From a virus (lineage: Duplodnaviria > Heunggongvirae > Uroviricota > Caudoviricetes), in the IMG/VR virus record IMGVR_UViG_3300028805_001692, positions 45,613 to 109,612 of that record: 64,000 nt of DNA. The stretch is one strand, 5' to 3'. Each line of letters opens with the position of its first letter. Position 1 is the stretch's first letter. The notes beneath the pieces were generated by a model, which had not been told where the DNA came from, ran no database searches, and worked only from the letters and a program-made list of their open reading frames with translations. Below are positions 30,490 to 39,733 of the stretch, piece by piece. The position numbers were made by a program, and so were the translations under genes.

Positions 30490-31704
30490 ATGGATAAGAA
30501 AATCAAAATGTTAGTAATCCCTTCTGACAGAACTGGTGTTGGTAAGTTCCGTTCAGTTGACCCTCATGTTTATATTGCAGAGCACTATGGGGACGAGTTC
30601 GACGTAGATGTTGTATATAGTATGCCTAACGGAGACCTGGAGTCGTTCTTAAGGCAATATGATTTGGTACACATCCATAAACAACTTGATAAACAATGTA
30701 AAATTATTGATATGCTGAAGTTCCTTGGTATACCAGTAATTATTGACATTGATGACCATTATAAATTAGGTAATGACCACCCTATGTCCATCACAGCAAA
30801 CAAGGAAAAGTGGCATGAACCTATCATAGAACACTTGAAAAGAGCAGACTATGTTACTACAACAACTCCTATCTTCGCAGAAGTTATAAAGAAGCATAAC
30901 AAGAATGTGAAGGTTTTCCCTAATGCAATTAATCCAGAAGAGCCTCAGTATAAAATACCTAAGACGCAAGGCGATGGAAGACTTAGAGTGGGTATTATAT
31001 GTGGTTCTTCACATTTGAAGGATTTAGAGTTACTTAATGGCATTGCAGTACAAGTAAACAAGAATAAGGTTCAGTTTGTACTGTGTGGATTTGATACAAG
31101 AGGAAATAGAACAATCTATAACCAGCAAACTGGAGAAAAAACAACAAGACCTATTCTTCCAGAGGAAAGTGTGTGGTGTGACTATGAGAAGATATTCACT
31201 GATAACTATAAGACAGTATCTCCAGCACACCTTGAGTTTCTTAAAAAGTATATGGCAAACGTAGATGACCCGTTCACAAATGAACCATATAGGAGAATGT
31301 GGACTAGGGACATCAATAATTATGCTTCACACTATGCAAATGTTGATGTGCTTATTGCACCACTTAAGGAGAATGAGTTTAACAAGGTTAAGTCAGAACT
31401 TAAAGAAATAGAGTGTGGTTTTACACATACAGCATTCATTGCACAGAATTTCGGTGCTTATACCATAAACTTAATTCCAATGATTGAGAAGGGTGGAAAG
31501 ATTAACGAAGAAGGAACTGCACTTCTAGTTGATTCATCCAAGAATCACAAACAGTGGGCAAAGTATATTAACAAGCTTGCTGATGATAGGGATATGCTTA
31601 AGAAACTACAGGATAACCTTTATAATTTTGTAAAGGATAGATATTCTCTAGAAGAAGTATGTAGACAAAGAGTAGAATTCTATAAGAGTATAGTAAATAA
31701 ATAA
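30490..31704 (+). CDS. GT-B fold glycosyltransferase (GT1/GT4-like)
   Basis: Two Rossmann-like halves: N-terminal 'KMLVIPSDRTGVGKF'; C-terminal half starting 'GRLRVGIICGSS' with an E-rich 'EIECGFTH...LVDSS' region typical of the GT4 donor-binding domain. Confidence 0.45.
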   Translation: MDKKIKMLVIPSDRTGVGKFRSVDPHVYIAEHYGDEFDVDVVYSMPNGDLESFLRQYDLVHIHKQLDKQCKIIDMLKFLGIPVIIDIDDHYKLGNDHPMSITANKEKWHEPIIEHLKRADYVTTTTPIFAEVIKKHNKNVKVFPNAINPEEPQYKIPKTQGDGRLRVGIICGSSHLKDLELLNGIAVQVNKNKVQFVLCGFDTRGNRTIYNQQTGEKTTRPILPEESVWCDYEKIFTDNYKTVSPAHLEFLKKYMANVDDPFTNEPYRRMWTRDINNYASHYANVDVLIAPLKENEFNKVKSELKEIECGFTHTAFIAQNFGAYTINLIPMIEKGGKINEEGTALLVDSSKNHKQWAKYINKLADDRDMLKKLQDNLYNFVKDRYSLEEVCRQRVEFYKSIVNK

Positions 31705-31749
31705 AAAAAAAAATAAATGGAGATAGACTCGGTTCTATCTCCATTTTTA
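31703..31749. terminator. bidirectional intrinsic terminator
   Basis: 9-bp stem ggagataga / tctatctcc, loop ctcggt. A-run before and T-run after, between convergent genes. Confidence 0.6.
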
Positions 31750-32496
31750 TTATATTCTACCAGTATTGTATGATATATTGCTATGTTTACTTCCATGTTC
31801 AAGATTATCCCCAAACTTATTACGTATGAACTCGGCACATTTCATAAGTTTACTGGTGACTTCACTTACACCCTTAGGGCTTCCAGCTATAACAAGATTA
31901 GATAAGCCATTTGAGGTATTATAACCATCTATAATATTACCTCTTTTATTATCATTAGGTTTTAAAACAGGGTGGAACTGTCTCATTTTTTTCAATTCCT
32001 TGAACTTGTTAAACATGTTGTTAACAATTGTTGCCAGTTCCTCAAGAGGCTTTGGTAAGTCACACAGTCTATAGTTAACACCACTCTCATCACCTTCCTT
32101 AGCCCAAGTCTCTATATCCCTGGTAAGCTTAACAATGTTGTTATACTTAGTCTGGAACTGTACAAACATGTTACCGTTAGCATCATTAAAGAAATTATAG
32201 ACAGCATCAGCATTAGCAACACCAAATATACCAGCACTATTCCTATTGAATCCAGCAATTGCCCTAAGCTTAGGGCAATCCCATGTCTTTCTAAGAGTAG
32301 CACCGACATCTCTAACAGTCCTTGAATCATAAAGGCTGGTAGCTGCTGGTCTCTTCTGTCTCTTCACAGGTTCTCCACTAGCGGTTCTTCTCCTGTGATA
32401 AGGTCTTTTATAGCCCTCTATACTAGCCCAATCCTCAAATGATTCTGATATGAGTCTGTTAATTTCCTCTGTTATTATTTTATCAATCCTATTCAT
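31750..32496 (-). CDS. conserved-leader family protein (member 3)
   Basis: N-terminus 'MNRIDKIITEEINRLISES'. 248-aa divergent body. Confidence 0.45.
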   Translation of the reverse strand: MNRIDKIITEEINRLISESFEDWASIEGYKRPYHRRRTASGEPVKRQKRPAATSLYDSRTVRDVGATLRKTWDCPKLRAIAGFNRNSAGIFGVANADAVYNFFNDANGNMFVQFQTKYNNIVKLTRDIETWAKEGDESGVNYRLCDLPKPLEELATIVNNMFNKFKELKKMRQFHPVLKPNDNKRGNIIDGYNTSNGLSNLVIAGSPKGVSEVTSKLMKCAEFIRNKFGDNLEHGSKHSNISYNTGRI

Positions 32497-32878
32497 TTAG
32501 TCCCTCATTCATTAAGTTATTGATTGATTCAGTAACGGCACGTGCAATCTTACCCTCGTAGTAACCATTAGCTTCTTTCCAGCCAATAGTATCTGCTGGT
32601 AACTTTCCCTGTGGAGAACCAAATTCGTCTCTGACAGCCTGGTTAATCTCCTGTTGTTCTGGATTAACCTCTGGTTCGTCATCATTAAGGTATGTGTTTC
32701 CAGCAACTGTAGCAAGTCCAGCTGCTCCAAGTCCACCTGCCATAAGTGCATCGTTTCTAAAATCTTTCCATCCGTATTCGTTTACAGCACCCTCTGTTAT
32801 GGCACGTCTAACGGACTGTTCTACAATATTCTTAAGTTCTGATTCTGTAAGTCTTACAATCTTTTTCATAATGTACAT
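32489..32878 (-). CDS. conserved-leader family protein (member 4)
   Basis: N-terminus 'MKKIVRLTESELKNIVEQSVRRAITE', near-identical in pattern to member 1. Confidence 0.5.
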   Translation of the reverse strand: MYIMKKIVRLTESELKNIVEQSVRRAITEGAVNEYGWKDFRNDALMAGGLGAAGLATVAGNTYLNDDEPEVNPEQQEINQAVRDEFGSPQGKLPADTIGWKEANGYYEGKIARAVTESINNLMNEGLNE

Positions 32879-33084
32879 ATTTTCTTTATAAATATCTCTT
32901 TATTCCAGTTTTTAATGTTTTTTAACCTTGGTAATAGCATATATTACCATATTTTTGGATATAATATAAGTGAATGGGAACTGCAATATAATATTATAAT
33001 AGATATTACTATAAGATATTAATATATTATATAATATTATTAAATTATATTAAATATCATTCTATTAAAAAATATTAATAAATC

Positions 33085-33116
33085 CTTGTTTTTTTAATAA
33101 ATTTTATATATCTTTG
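33085..33116 (+). promoter_or_regulatory. Bacteroidota sigma-A type promoter (-7 TAtcTTTG 33109-33116)
   Basis: -33-like CTTG at 33085-33088, 20-nt spacer, -7 TAnnTTTG. ATG at 33144. Confidence 0.5.
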
Positions 33117-33143
33117 CATTGTGAAACTTAAATTTTAACAAAA

Positions 33144-33884
33144 ATGAAGTTAAAACCACTTAAACACTACTACGGGCAGGAGTTGAAGAACTGTCTTCAT
33201 GACGGTGACAATAAGTACATTAAAAAGTACACGACTGACGGTTTCAAGAAATCTTACCAGATGTGGAATGATTACAGCCATGACTCCATCGAAAGTTTCT
33301 TCAGTGATTTCATAAAAGAGTATCCAGAGGAATACCTTATTGAAAACTGTAAGAAGTGTCACCAGGTTATGGAACACGTTGAGTTTGATGACCTGTTCGA
33401 TATTTTGCTAAGGAGGCTGGTAATTGACGCATTCATAGGCTTTAAGGCAGAGGACATTGTTAGAGAAATGCTTATCAAGGCTGGTAAGAAACTCCATGAT
33501 TATGACGTATTATCAGTTAAAGATGAGATAGAACTTGATACCAAGTATGGAATTGATATGATGACGTTCAAGGACGGAAAAGTTGAAGCTTTTTTCCAGG
33601 TTAAGAATATGTCAACATTCAGTCATGACGGAAACTACATTAAGGAAAAAAGAGCTGAATTTTTCGACAAGGAGTATAAAGCTAACCAGTATGTAGGTGG
33701 AGATAATTACAAGATGTTAATATTCTATGTTTACGACAAAAATTATTACATCAATCATGGTGAGTTCAGATTCTATGTAAACCCAGACGTTGATAAGTGT
33801 GGATTCTTTCTTCAGCACTTGATTAGGAAGAATGGTAGTTTGAGATTAAATGTTAAACGGTTAAAATCAAGAGTATTAGTATGA
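33144..33884 (+). CDS. hypothetical protein
   Basis: 246-aa ORF, first gene after the promoter. ATGA overlap with the next gene. Confidence 0.4.
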   Translation: MKLKPLKHYYGQELKNCLHDGDNKYIKKYTTDGFKKSYQMWNDYSHDSIESFFSDFIKEYPEEYLIENCKKCHQVMEHVEFDDLFDILLRRLVIDAFIGFKAEDIVREMLIKAGKKLHDYDVLSVKDEIELDTKYGIDMMTFKDGKVEAFFQVKNMSTFSHDGNYIKEKRAEFFDKEYKANQYVGGDNYKMLIFYVYDKNYYINHGEFRFYVNPDVDKCGFFLQHLIRKNGSLRLNVKRLKSRVLV

Positions 33885-34444
33885 TTACAGAAGAAATTAA
33901 AGAGAAAAACTTTGAGATTTATGTCAAAAAGTTAGGACAAATTGGCGTTAATTTAGACTCGCTTATTGAACAGGGACTTAACCTTAAGGATGCGAGTTTC
34001 ACAAACTCGAATGAGCACGGTAATGCATATCCAGGTTCTTTACTGGAGATTGTCTTAAAAGTGCTTACGCCCTATGCAGTTAAGCTTAACGAGTTGTTAC
34101 CAGAAAACATGAGAGTTGACAAGAATACGTTGGTTAAAGTTTGTCTACTTCACCACATTGCAAAGGCTGTTAGGTTAGTTCCTAACGATAACCAGTGGGA
34201 AGTTGAAAAGAGACAATTAGTTTACAAATATGCTGAAGGTCAGCCTTCTATTAGAACAGGATTACATTCACTAATTCTTGCTCAACAGGCTGGTGTTTCA
34301 TTTACCCCAGAGGAAGCAGAGGTAATGACTGTAAACGATAGAGACTTAACAGATGACCAGGCAAGATGGCATTCAAGTGTTATGGCTACGATTGTAAGAG
34401 AGGCTAACGAATTAACATACATACAAATTAACAACAATGAATAA
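33881..34444 (+). CDS. hypothetical protein
   Basis: 187-aa ORF, translationally coupled. Confidence 0.4.
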   Translation: MITEEIKEKNFEIYVKKLGQIGVNLDSLIEQGLNLKDASFTNSNEHGNAYPGSLLEIVLKVLTPYAVKLNELLPENMRVDKNTLVKVCLLHHIAKAVRLVPNDNQWEVEKRQLVYKYAEGQPSIRTGLHSLILAQQAGVSFTPEEAEVMTVNDRDLTDDQARWHSSVMATIVREANELTYIQINNNE

Positions 34445-35102
34445 TATAGACGAATTGAGTGATGACAGAAAAGATTTTTTCACTATTGCGAAGGAAGCAA
34501 TAGGTATGACAAAACTTGAAGTTGGATTTAAGAAATTGAGCAAGGACGCTGTCATACCCACATATGCACATGAAGGTGATGTAGGTATGGACTTAACAGC
34601 AATATCAGTTGAATATGACCAGGAAAATGATATGTATATCTATCACACTGGTTTAGCATTTGAGACTGATAAACACTACGGAATATTTCTCTTCCCAAGA
34701 AGCTCAAATAGGAAGACTGATGCATACCTGTGCAATCATGTTGGTATAGCTGATTCAGCAATATACAGGGGAGAGATTATGCTGTGTTATAAGAACAGAA
34801 CATCACTTGAAGTTAGGGCTGAAATGGGGAAGATGAGGAATTTCTTTAATGCTGCGATGTTTAGGGCATTTACAGTTATAAACGGAAATACCATTGAATA
34901 CACATGGCCAGATTTATTGAAAGACGCAATGGGCAGTGCTGATTGGATTTACCAGAATCCAATGAATTATGCCCCATATCAAGTGGGAGATAGGGTTGCT
35001 CAGATGGTGGTGTTTCCATATCCAGATGTAGAACTTATACAAAAAGCCGAATTATCTGAAACCGTTAGGGGTAGCGGAGGTTTTGGTTCAACAGGAAATT
35101 AA
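34437..35102 (+). CDS. dut: dUTPase (trimeric dUTP diphosphatase family)
   Basis: All five dUTPase motifs are present: 'DVGMDL', 'FPRSS', 'GIADSAIYRGEI', 'DRVAQMV', 'RGSGGFGSTG'. Confidence 0.75.
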   Translation: MNNIDELSDDRKDFFTIAKEAIGMTKLEVGFKKLSKDAVIPTYAHEGDVGMDLTAISVEYDQENDMYIYHTGLAFETDKHYGIFLFPRSSNRKTDAYLCNHVGIADSAIYRGEIMLCYKNRTSLEVRAEMGKMRNFFNAAMFRAFTVINGNTIEYTWPDLLKDAMGSADWIYQNPMNYAPYQVGDRVAQMVVFPYPDVELIQKAELSETVRGSGGFGSTGN

Positions 35103-35105
35103 GAT

Positions 35106-35621
35106 ATGAAACCAATAGAAGTATTTATCAAATATGCAAAGATTAGAGGCATAATGTCATTCCTTAAGGCTAAGGAACGAAACAAGGTAATAGCAAAACC
35201 AGACTGGCACTCATGGGATATAGTATATAGGAATTTTAAAACTTATACAAACGAATATGTACTCCATAATGGGTTCTATGGTTTATTCTCAGAACTTGAA
35301 TATTATTTCTTTGGGCATGATTCAATGTATAACCAGGATTATAATAAAGCAATAAGGTTGTGGCCTGGATTTGTTTCCCGAAACATCCTCATAAAGAATC
35401 CTCCAAAAGAAGGTGATACCATAACCGTTACTACGTTTGCCAATGACGAACATGATTATAAATTTATTCAATTCTGGGATGCATATCGTTCCATACAAGT
35501 GAAGGATGAACTAGGAAGAAGATTTTTCTATAATACTGATAGAATAAAGAAACTCAACGGAGAACCATATGAAATGGATTTTTATATAAAATGGAAACGT
35601 AAAACTTATGGCATTGATTAA
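35106..35621 (+). CDS. hypothetical protein
   Basis: 171-aa ORF between dut and guaC-like genes. Confidence 0.4.
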   Translation: MKPIEVFIKYAKIRGIMSFLKAKERNKVIAKPDWHSWDIVYRNFKTYTNEYVLHNGFYGLFSELEYYFFGHDSMYNQDYNKAIRLWPGFVSRNILIKNPPKEGDTITVTTFANDEHDYKFIQFWDAYRSIQVKDELGRRFFYNTDRIKKLNGEPYEMDFYIKWKRKTYGID

Positions 35622-36735
35622 TGAAATTTACTATACTTACAAGGATGTCACAATCCTTCCAGGTAAAAAAAGTAATATAGAGCATAGGGCAGAGTGTGAC
35701 CCATTTAACCCAGACGGAATGTTGCCTCTGTTCACTGCTCCTATGGATACAGTTGTAAGCCCAGCAAACTTTTATAGATTCCAGGATAACGGTATTATTC
35801 CTATACTACCAAGAACTGAAGACCTAGATGTGAGAACTAAATATGCCTTTGACGGATTTTGGGCTGCTTTCTCACTCAAAGAGTTTGAGTATATTTTCTG
35901 TAACAGTAGTAAGAAGGTATTCGATGACCACACGGTGAAGGTACTAATAGACGTTGCAAATGGGCATATGGCTAAAATAACTAAGCTTGTGTGGATAGCT
36001 AAACAAATCTATGGTGATAGAATAGAGATAATGGCAGGAAACATAGCTAACCCAGAAACTTACTATGATTATGCTAATGCTGGTGTAGATTATATAAGAT
36101 GCGGAATAGGAAGTGGCATGGGTTGCTTATCTACAAGTAATACTGGTATCCATATGCCTATGGCATCACTCATAGATAAAGTAGCTGAGGCAAAGAGGAA
36201 GGTTAAGTCATTTGTTTCGCTAAGTCCAAGTTCATATAAGTCAGTCCCTAAGATTGTTGCGGACGGTGGAATAAGGGGTTACTCAGATGTTATAAAAGCA
36301 CTAGCACTTGGTGCTGACTACGTTATGATAGGTGGATTGTTTGCAAGTATGCTAGAATCGGCAGCACCTAAAACTTGTAATAGCGGTTACAGCAGACCTC
36401 TTATCGATTATGATAATATGTATATGAAGGATAAGGCGTGGTATCTTAAGAGTGGTAAGAAAGAAGACCATTTCCTTGGTGATATATCAGCCATATTCTA
36501 TGGTATGGCATCTAGGGAAGGGCAGATTGCGATGAATGGTTCTAAGACCAAGACAAGTGAAGGTGTAAGTAAGGTTATATTAATTAGATACACTATGGCT
36601 GGTTGGGTTGAAAACTTTAAAGATTACCTACGTTCAGCTATGTCATACGTAGGTGCGAAGAATCTGAGACAGTTTAGGGAATTAGCTAAACTTATAGTTA
36701 ATTCAAAAAATGCTGTCTCTGTGGTAAATAAATAA
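35608..36735 (+). CDS. GMP reductase / IMPDH-family TIM-barrel enzyme (GuaC-like, no CBS insert)
   Basis: 'YKDVTILPGKKS', 'LIDVANGH', catalytic-Cys loop 'CGIGSGMGCLST' and 'VADGGIRGYSDVIKALALGADYVMIGG' align with E. coli GuaC 'FKDVLIRPKRS', 'IDVANGY', 'VGIGPGSVCTT', '[27 protein letters not shown]'. Confidence 0.75.
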   Translation: MALINEIYYTYKDVTILPGKKSNIEHRAECDPFNPDGMLPLFTAPMDTVVSPANFYRFQDNGIIPILPRTEDLDVRTKYAFDGFWAAFSLKEFEYIFCNSSKKVFDDHTVKVLIDVANGHMAKITKLVWIAKQIYGDRIEIMAGNIANPETYYDYANAGVDYIRCGIGSGMGCLSTSNTGIHMPMASLIDKVAEAKRKVKSFVSLSPSSYKSVPKIVADGGIRGYSDVIKALALGADYVMIGGLFASMLESAAPKTCNSGYSRPLIDYDNMYMKDKAWYLKSGKKEDHFLGDISAIFYGMASREGQIAMNGSKTKTSEGVSKVILIRYTMAGWVENFKDYLRSAMSYVGAKNLRQFRELAKLIVNSKNAVSVVNK

Positions 36736-36754
36736 TTTTTTCATATTTTTTTTT

Positions 36755-36790
36755 AGTGGTTAAGACTTTGTTCTTGACCACTTTTTTTTA
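36755..36790 (+). terminator. intrinsic terminator
   Basis: 11-bp stem agtggttaaga / tcttgaccact (one G-U pair), loop ctttgt, T8 run. Confidence 0.6.
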
Positions 36791-36811
36791 TTTTTTAAAT
36801 AAAATGTTTAT

Positions 36812-37501
36812 ATGGAGACAAATATTGCAATAGTTCTTTGTTCTAAGAAAAGTAACGAACAAATTAAACCATTTATAGAACACTTGAAGGAGACCTGTAG
36901 TTGTAATGCACATGTTTACTTTATTCACAACCCAGAAGGTGTCAGCTTGTCAAAGATATATGCCGACATGACAGTATCCAAGGATATAGCTGAAGACATC
37001 ATTGTATTCATACATGATGATATTGAGTTCTTAAGAAACGGCTGGGGTGCTGAGATTTTAAGACAATTTAATACCCATGAGGAATATGGAATCATCGGAG
37101 TTGCTGGCTCAGCTCAGTTCGATGAAAATGGTGCATGGTGGAACTATGAAAAGAAATTCGGACAAGTTCTCCATAGGAGTGAAGGTAAGTCATGGCTTAC
37201 AGTATTTTCCCCACTACTTACAAAGGACTTACAGGATGTTGTTGTTATAGATGGTTTATTTATGGCTGTTCATAAGAAGAGAATAAGTGATAACTTTAAT
37301 AGAGACCTGGAGGGATTCGATTTCTACGATATTGCATTCTGTCTTGCAAATTTCTTTTCTGGTAAATGTAAGATTGGCGTGACAACCAATATAAGGATGG
37401 CACACAACTCTGTTGGTAAACTAAAGGATACATGGTATAGGAATAGGGATATTATTAATAAACTATATGGAGATAAATTCCCAATTGATATTTTAAAATA
37501 A
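36812..37501 (+). CDS. GT-A fold glycosyltransferase-like protein
   Basis: 'IAIVLCSKK...FIHDDIEF' (DxD-type motif) and overall GT2-like layout. Confidence 0.4.
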   Translation: METNIAIVLCSKKSNEQIKPFIEHLKETCSCNAHVYFIHNPEGVSLSKIYADMTVSKDIAEDIIVFIHDDIEFLRNGWGAEILRQFNTHEEYGIIGVAGSAQFDENGAWWNYEKKFGQVLHRSEGKSWLTVFSPLLTKDLQDVVVIDGLFMAVHKKRISDNFNRDLEGFDFYDIAFCLANFFSGKCKIGVTTNIRMAHNSVGKLKDTWYRNRDIINKLYGDKFPIDILK

Positions 37502-37521
37502 TTTGGCACGATTTTTGCTGT

Positions 37522-37773
37522 ATGAAACTAAGTGAAATGAGCTTTGAGCAGTTGACAGCTATGTATAATGTTGCAACTGACATTTGTAAAGAATATTCAA
37601 GAATGACAGACGGTTATATCCTTGCAACAGGAGATAACGTATTAGATACTTCTCATAGATTACCAGCCGATGTGCAGAATACAATTAATGAGAGGCAGAT
37701 GTATTTTGCTGTCAAGGATATGATAACTAACGAACTTAAGAAAAGATTACTAACCGAAATAGAATATGAATAA
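37522..37773 (+). CDS. hypothetical small protein
   Basis: 83-aa ORF. Confidence 0.35.
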   Translation: MKLSEMSFEQLTAMYNVATDICKEYSRMTDGYILATGDNVLDTSHRLPADVQNTINERQMYFAVKDMITNELKKRLLTEIEYE

Positions 37774-38767
37774 GATTAAGAAATACCTTCTTAACCTATG
37801 GTATGGTCTCCCATTTGCCGTAAAAGGTGGTGAAGATGCCATCTTTATAAATCCACACTGCGGAGTTGCAGGAACACATGTTTCACAAGAGGTATCAGAC
37901 CAAAGGGTAGGAAGACACCTTCTAAAGGGTGAAGTTACACAAGAGGTAGAGGAATTAAGGTATAGAACATATAAGGTTTCTAACGAGTCTGAAAAATACA
38001 AATACCTGGGTAATGGAGTTGCTATCAAAGAAGAAATACCAGAAGTAAAATCCAGTGAAGTAAATAAGATAAAGTTTTCCCAGGAAAATAATCTAATATG
38101 TTCATCTGTACTGGAAGAACTTAAGCGTGTCGATGACTATGGTGTTGATAAATATAGGTTTGAAATGATGTATGATGGTACTGTTAAGTTCAAACTTGAA
38201 CAGTTTGCAACATCCATAGATGTCCTTATTGATACCAGGAAGAGAGGAGAGTCATCAATTATGGAGACAACACTTCACTTCGAGAAACAGGCAAATCCAT
38301 ATAACGCTAAATCCAAACCATTTATTAACGAGCTTGCAAAGATAAAGGACGTTAATAATGAATATGAAATAAAGAGAAATGAGATATTGTCATCATTATT
38401 GTCTATCTCATTCACCACATACAAGGCAAATGGAGAGGATAATTTTGTAAACTACAGCTTCGTGGAGAAGAATAAGTTTGAGAGGTTCGAAGAGACGGAG
38501 CATGAATATCTTCTTACATTCTCCTGGAACGGATACATAAGACTTCCATTAAATCTTGAGGATAAATATTACTCTAAGGAAATGGATGAGAAATACAAGA
38601 ATAAGGAGAAGAAGGACACACCAGTAGAAATGGTGAATACTGAGAGAAAGGCATACTGTTCAGCTTGTGGAAAAGAAATGTCAGTTTATGATGCCGACAT
38701 TATGTCTGCTAACGGTCAACAAGTAATTTGTAAAGAATGTTTGGAAAAAGCCTTGAACGCTAAATAA
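37766..38767 (+). CDS. hypothetical protein with C-terminal zinc ribbon
   Basis: C-terminal 'CSACGKEMS...VICKEC' four-Cys ribbon. Confidence 0.4.
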   Translation: MNKIKKYLLNLWYGLPFAVKGGEDAIFINPHCGVAGTHVSQEVSDQRVGRHLLKGEVTQEVEELRYRTYKVSNESEKYKYLGNGVAIKEEIPEVKSSEVNKIKFSQENNLICSSVLEELKRVDDYGVDKYRFEMMYDGTVKFKLEQFATSIDVLIDTRKRGESSIMETTLHFEKQANPYNAKSKPFINELAKIKDVNNEYEIKRNEILSSLLSISFTTYKANGEDNFVNYSFVEKNKFERFEETEHEYLLTFSWNGYIRLPLNLEDKYYSKEMDEKYKNKEKKDTPVEMVNTERKAYCSACGKEMSVYDADIMSANGQQVICKECLEKALNAK

Positions 38768-38796
38768 TAACCATTATTTTTTATAGAAAGAGATAT

Positions 38797-39423
38797 ATGC
38801 TTACAATTGGAATAGAATTGAATCATGTTGTTAGAAATGTAAACAAACAGATTCTTAAATATTATCAGAAGGAATTTGACCCTTCACTTGATATTGATGA
38901 ACTTGATGACAGAGTTGATGTTATTGAGAAATACACTAAGTTTAAAAGCAAAAAAGAAAAAAATAACTTCATCTATATAGATTATCCATACGAAATTTTT
39001 GGATGTGCTGGTACTGTTGAGAAGAAGTTAGCAGTGAAGATTACGAACTGGCTGGCAGATATTACAAATATAGAGGATGAGGATATTAGAATAATATTCT
39101 ACAGTCTTAACGAAGAGGCACTTACCATCCAATCAACCTTTTTCTTCTTGAGCAAGATTGGGGCTAGGGTACGAAAGGTGATATTCCCTAAAGATGTTTC
39201 TGAGGTTTGGGATGAGTGTGATTTTGTTATCACAACCAACAACCAAATGTTTGAGAAAGAACCTCCTGCTGGTAAGAATATAATCTTAATTAATAGAGAA
39301 TATAACGAGAAAAATAAAAACAAGGCTTTCTTGAATTATGATAATTTGAGTGATGCTATTGATGATAATAATTTTTTAAACGATTTAATCAATGAAAAAA
39401 GGGGAGACCAATCTTATATTTGA
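38797..39423 (+). CDS. hypothetical protein
   Basis: 208-aa ORF. Confidence 0.4.
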   Translation: MLTIGIELNHVVRNVNKQILKYYQKEFDPSLDIDELDDRVDVIEKYTKFKSKKEKNNFIYIDYPYEIFGCAGTVEKKLAVKITNWLADITNIEDEDIRIIFYSLNEEALTIQSTFFFLSKIGARVRKVIFPKDVSEVWDECDFVITTNNQMFEKEPPAGKNIILINREYNEKNKNKAFLNYDNLSDAIDDNNFLNDLINEKRGDQSYI

Positions 39424-39733
39424 TATTAACAAAATCAGTGAGTTTGTATTCGGTGATGCCGACAAGCGAACAAGCGAAGTTGAAATTACAGAGAATTTTA
39501 TCTACGATAAAGATGAAAATAAGATGATTCCTAACACCAGAGAGGTTAAGGAAGTTAAGGTAAAGGATGATGTGGGTAAGTTCTCAATAAGATATGACAT
39601 GATTAAGATGTTCATTGACATCATGGATTCCGTTGAAGACCTGTCAAATCTGACACTTGGACAAGAGGTTACAGTAAACACAATGGAAGCATACGAACTA
39701 ATAAAAGAATTAAAACAAGATAACGATGAGTGA
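39392..39733 (+). CDS. hypothetical protein
   Basis: 113-aa ORF. Overlaps the upstream gene by 32 nt, so the true start may be downstream. Confidence 0.3.
   Translation: MKKGETNLIFDINKISEFVFGDADKRTSEVEITENFIYDKDENKMIPNTREVKEVKVKDDVGKFSIRYDMIKMFIDIMDSVEDLSNLTLGQEVTVNTMEAYELIKELKQDNDE

Noticed and set aside
33144-33884. Possible thymidylate-synthase-like dCMP/dUMP hydroxymethylase, from its size (~246 aa) and location in the GT cluster
   Set aside because: None of the ThyA-fold signature motifs (e.g. the catalytic-Cys 'PCH' region, or DLGPVYG-type) are present.
38797-39423. Possible HAD-family 5'(3')-deoxyribonucleotidase, from the 'MLTIGIELNH' start
   Set aside because: The HAD motif I aspartates (DxDxT) are absent (IELNH), so the call is unsupported.
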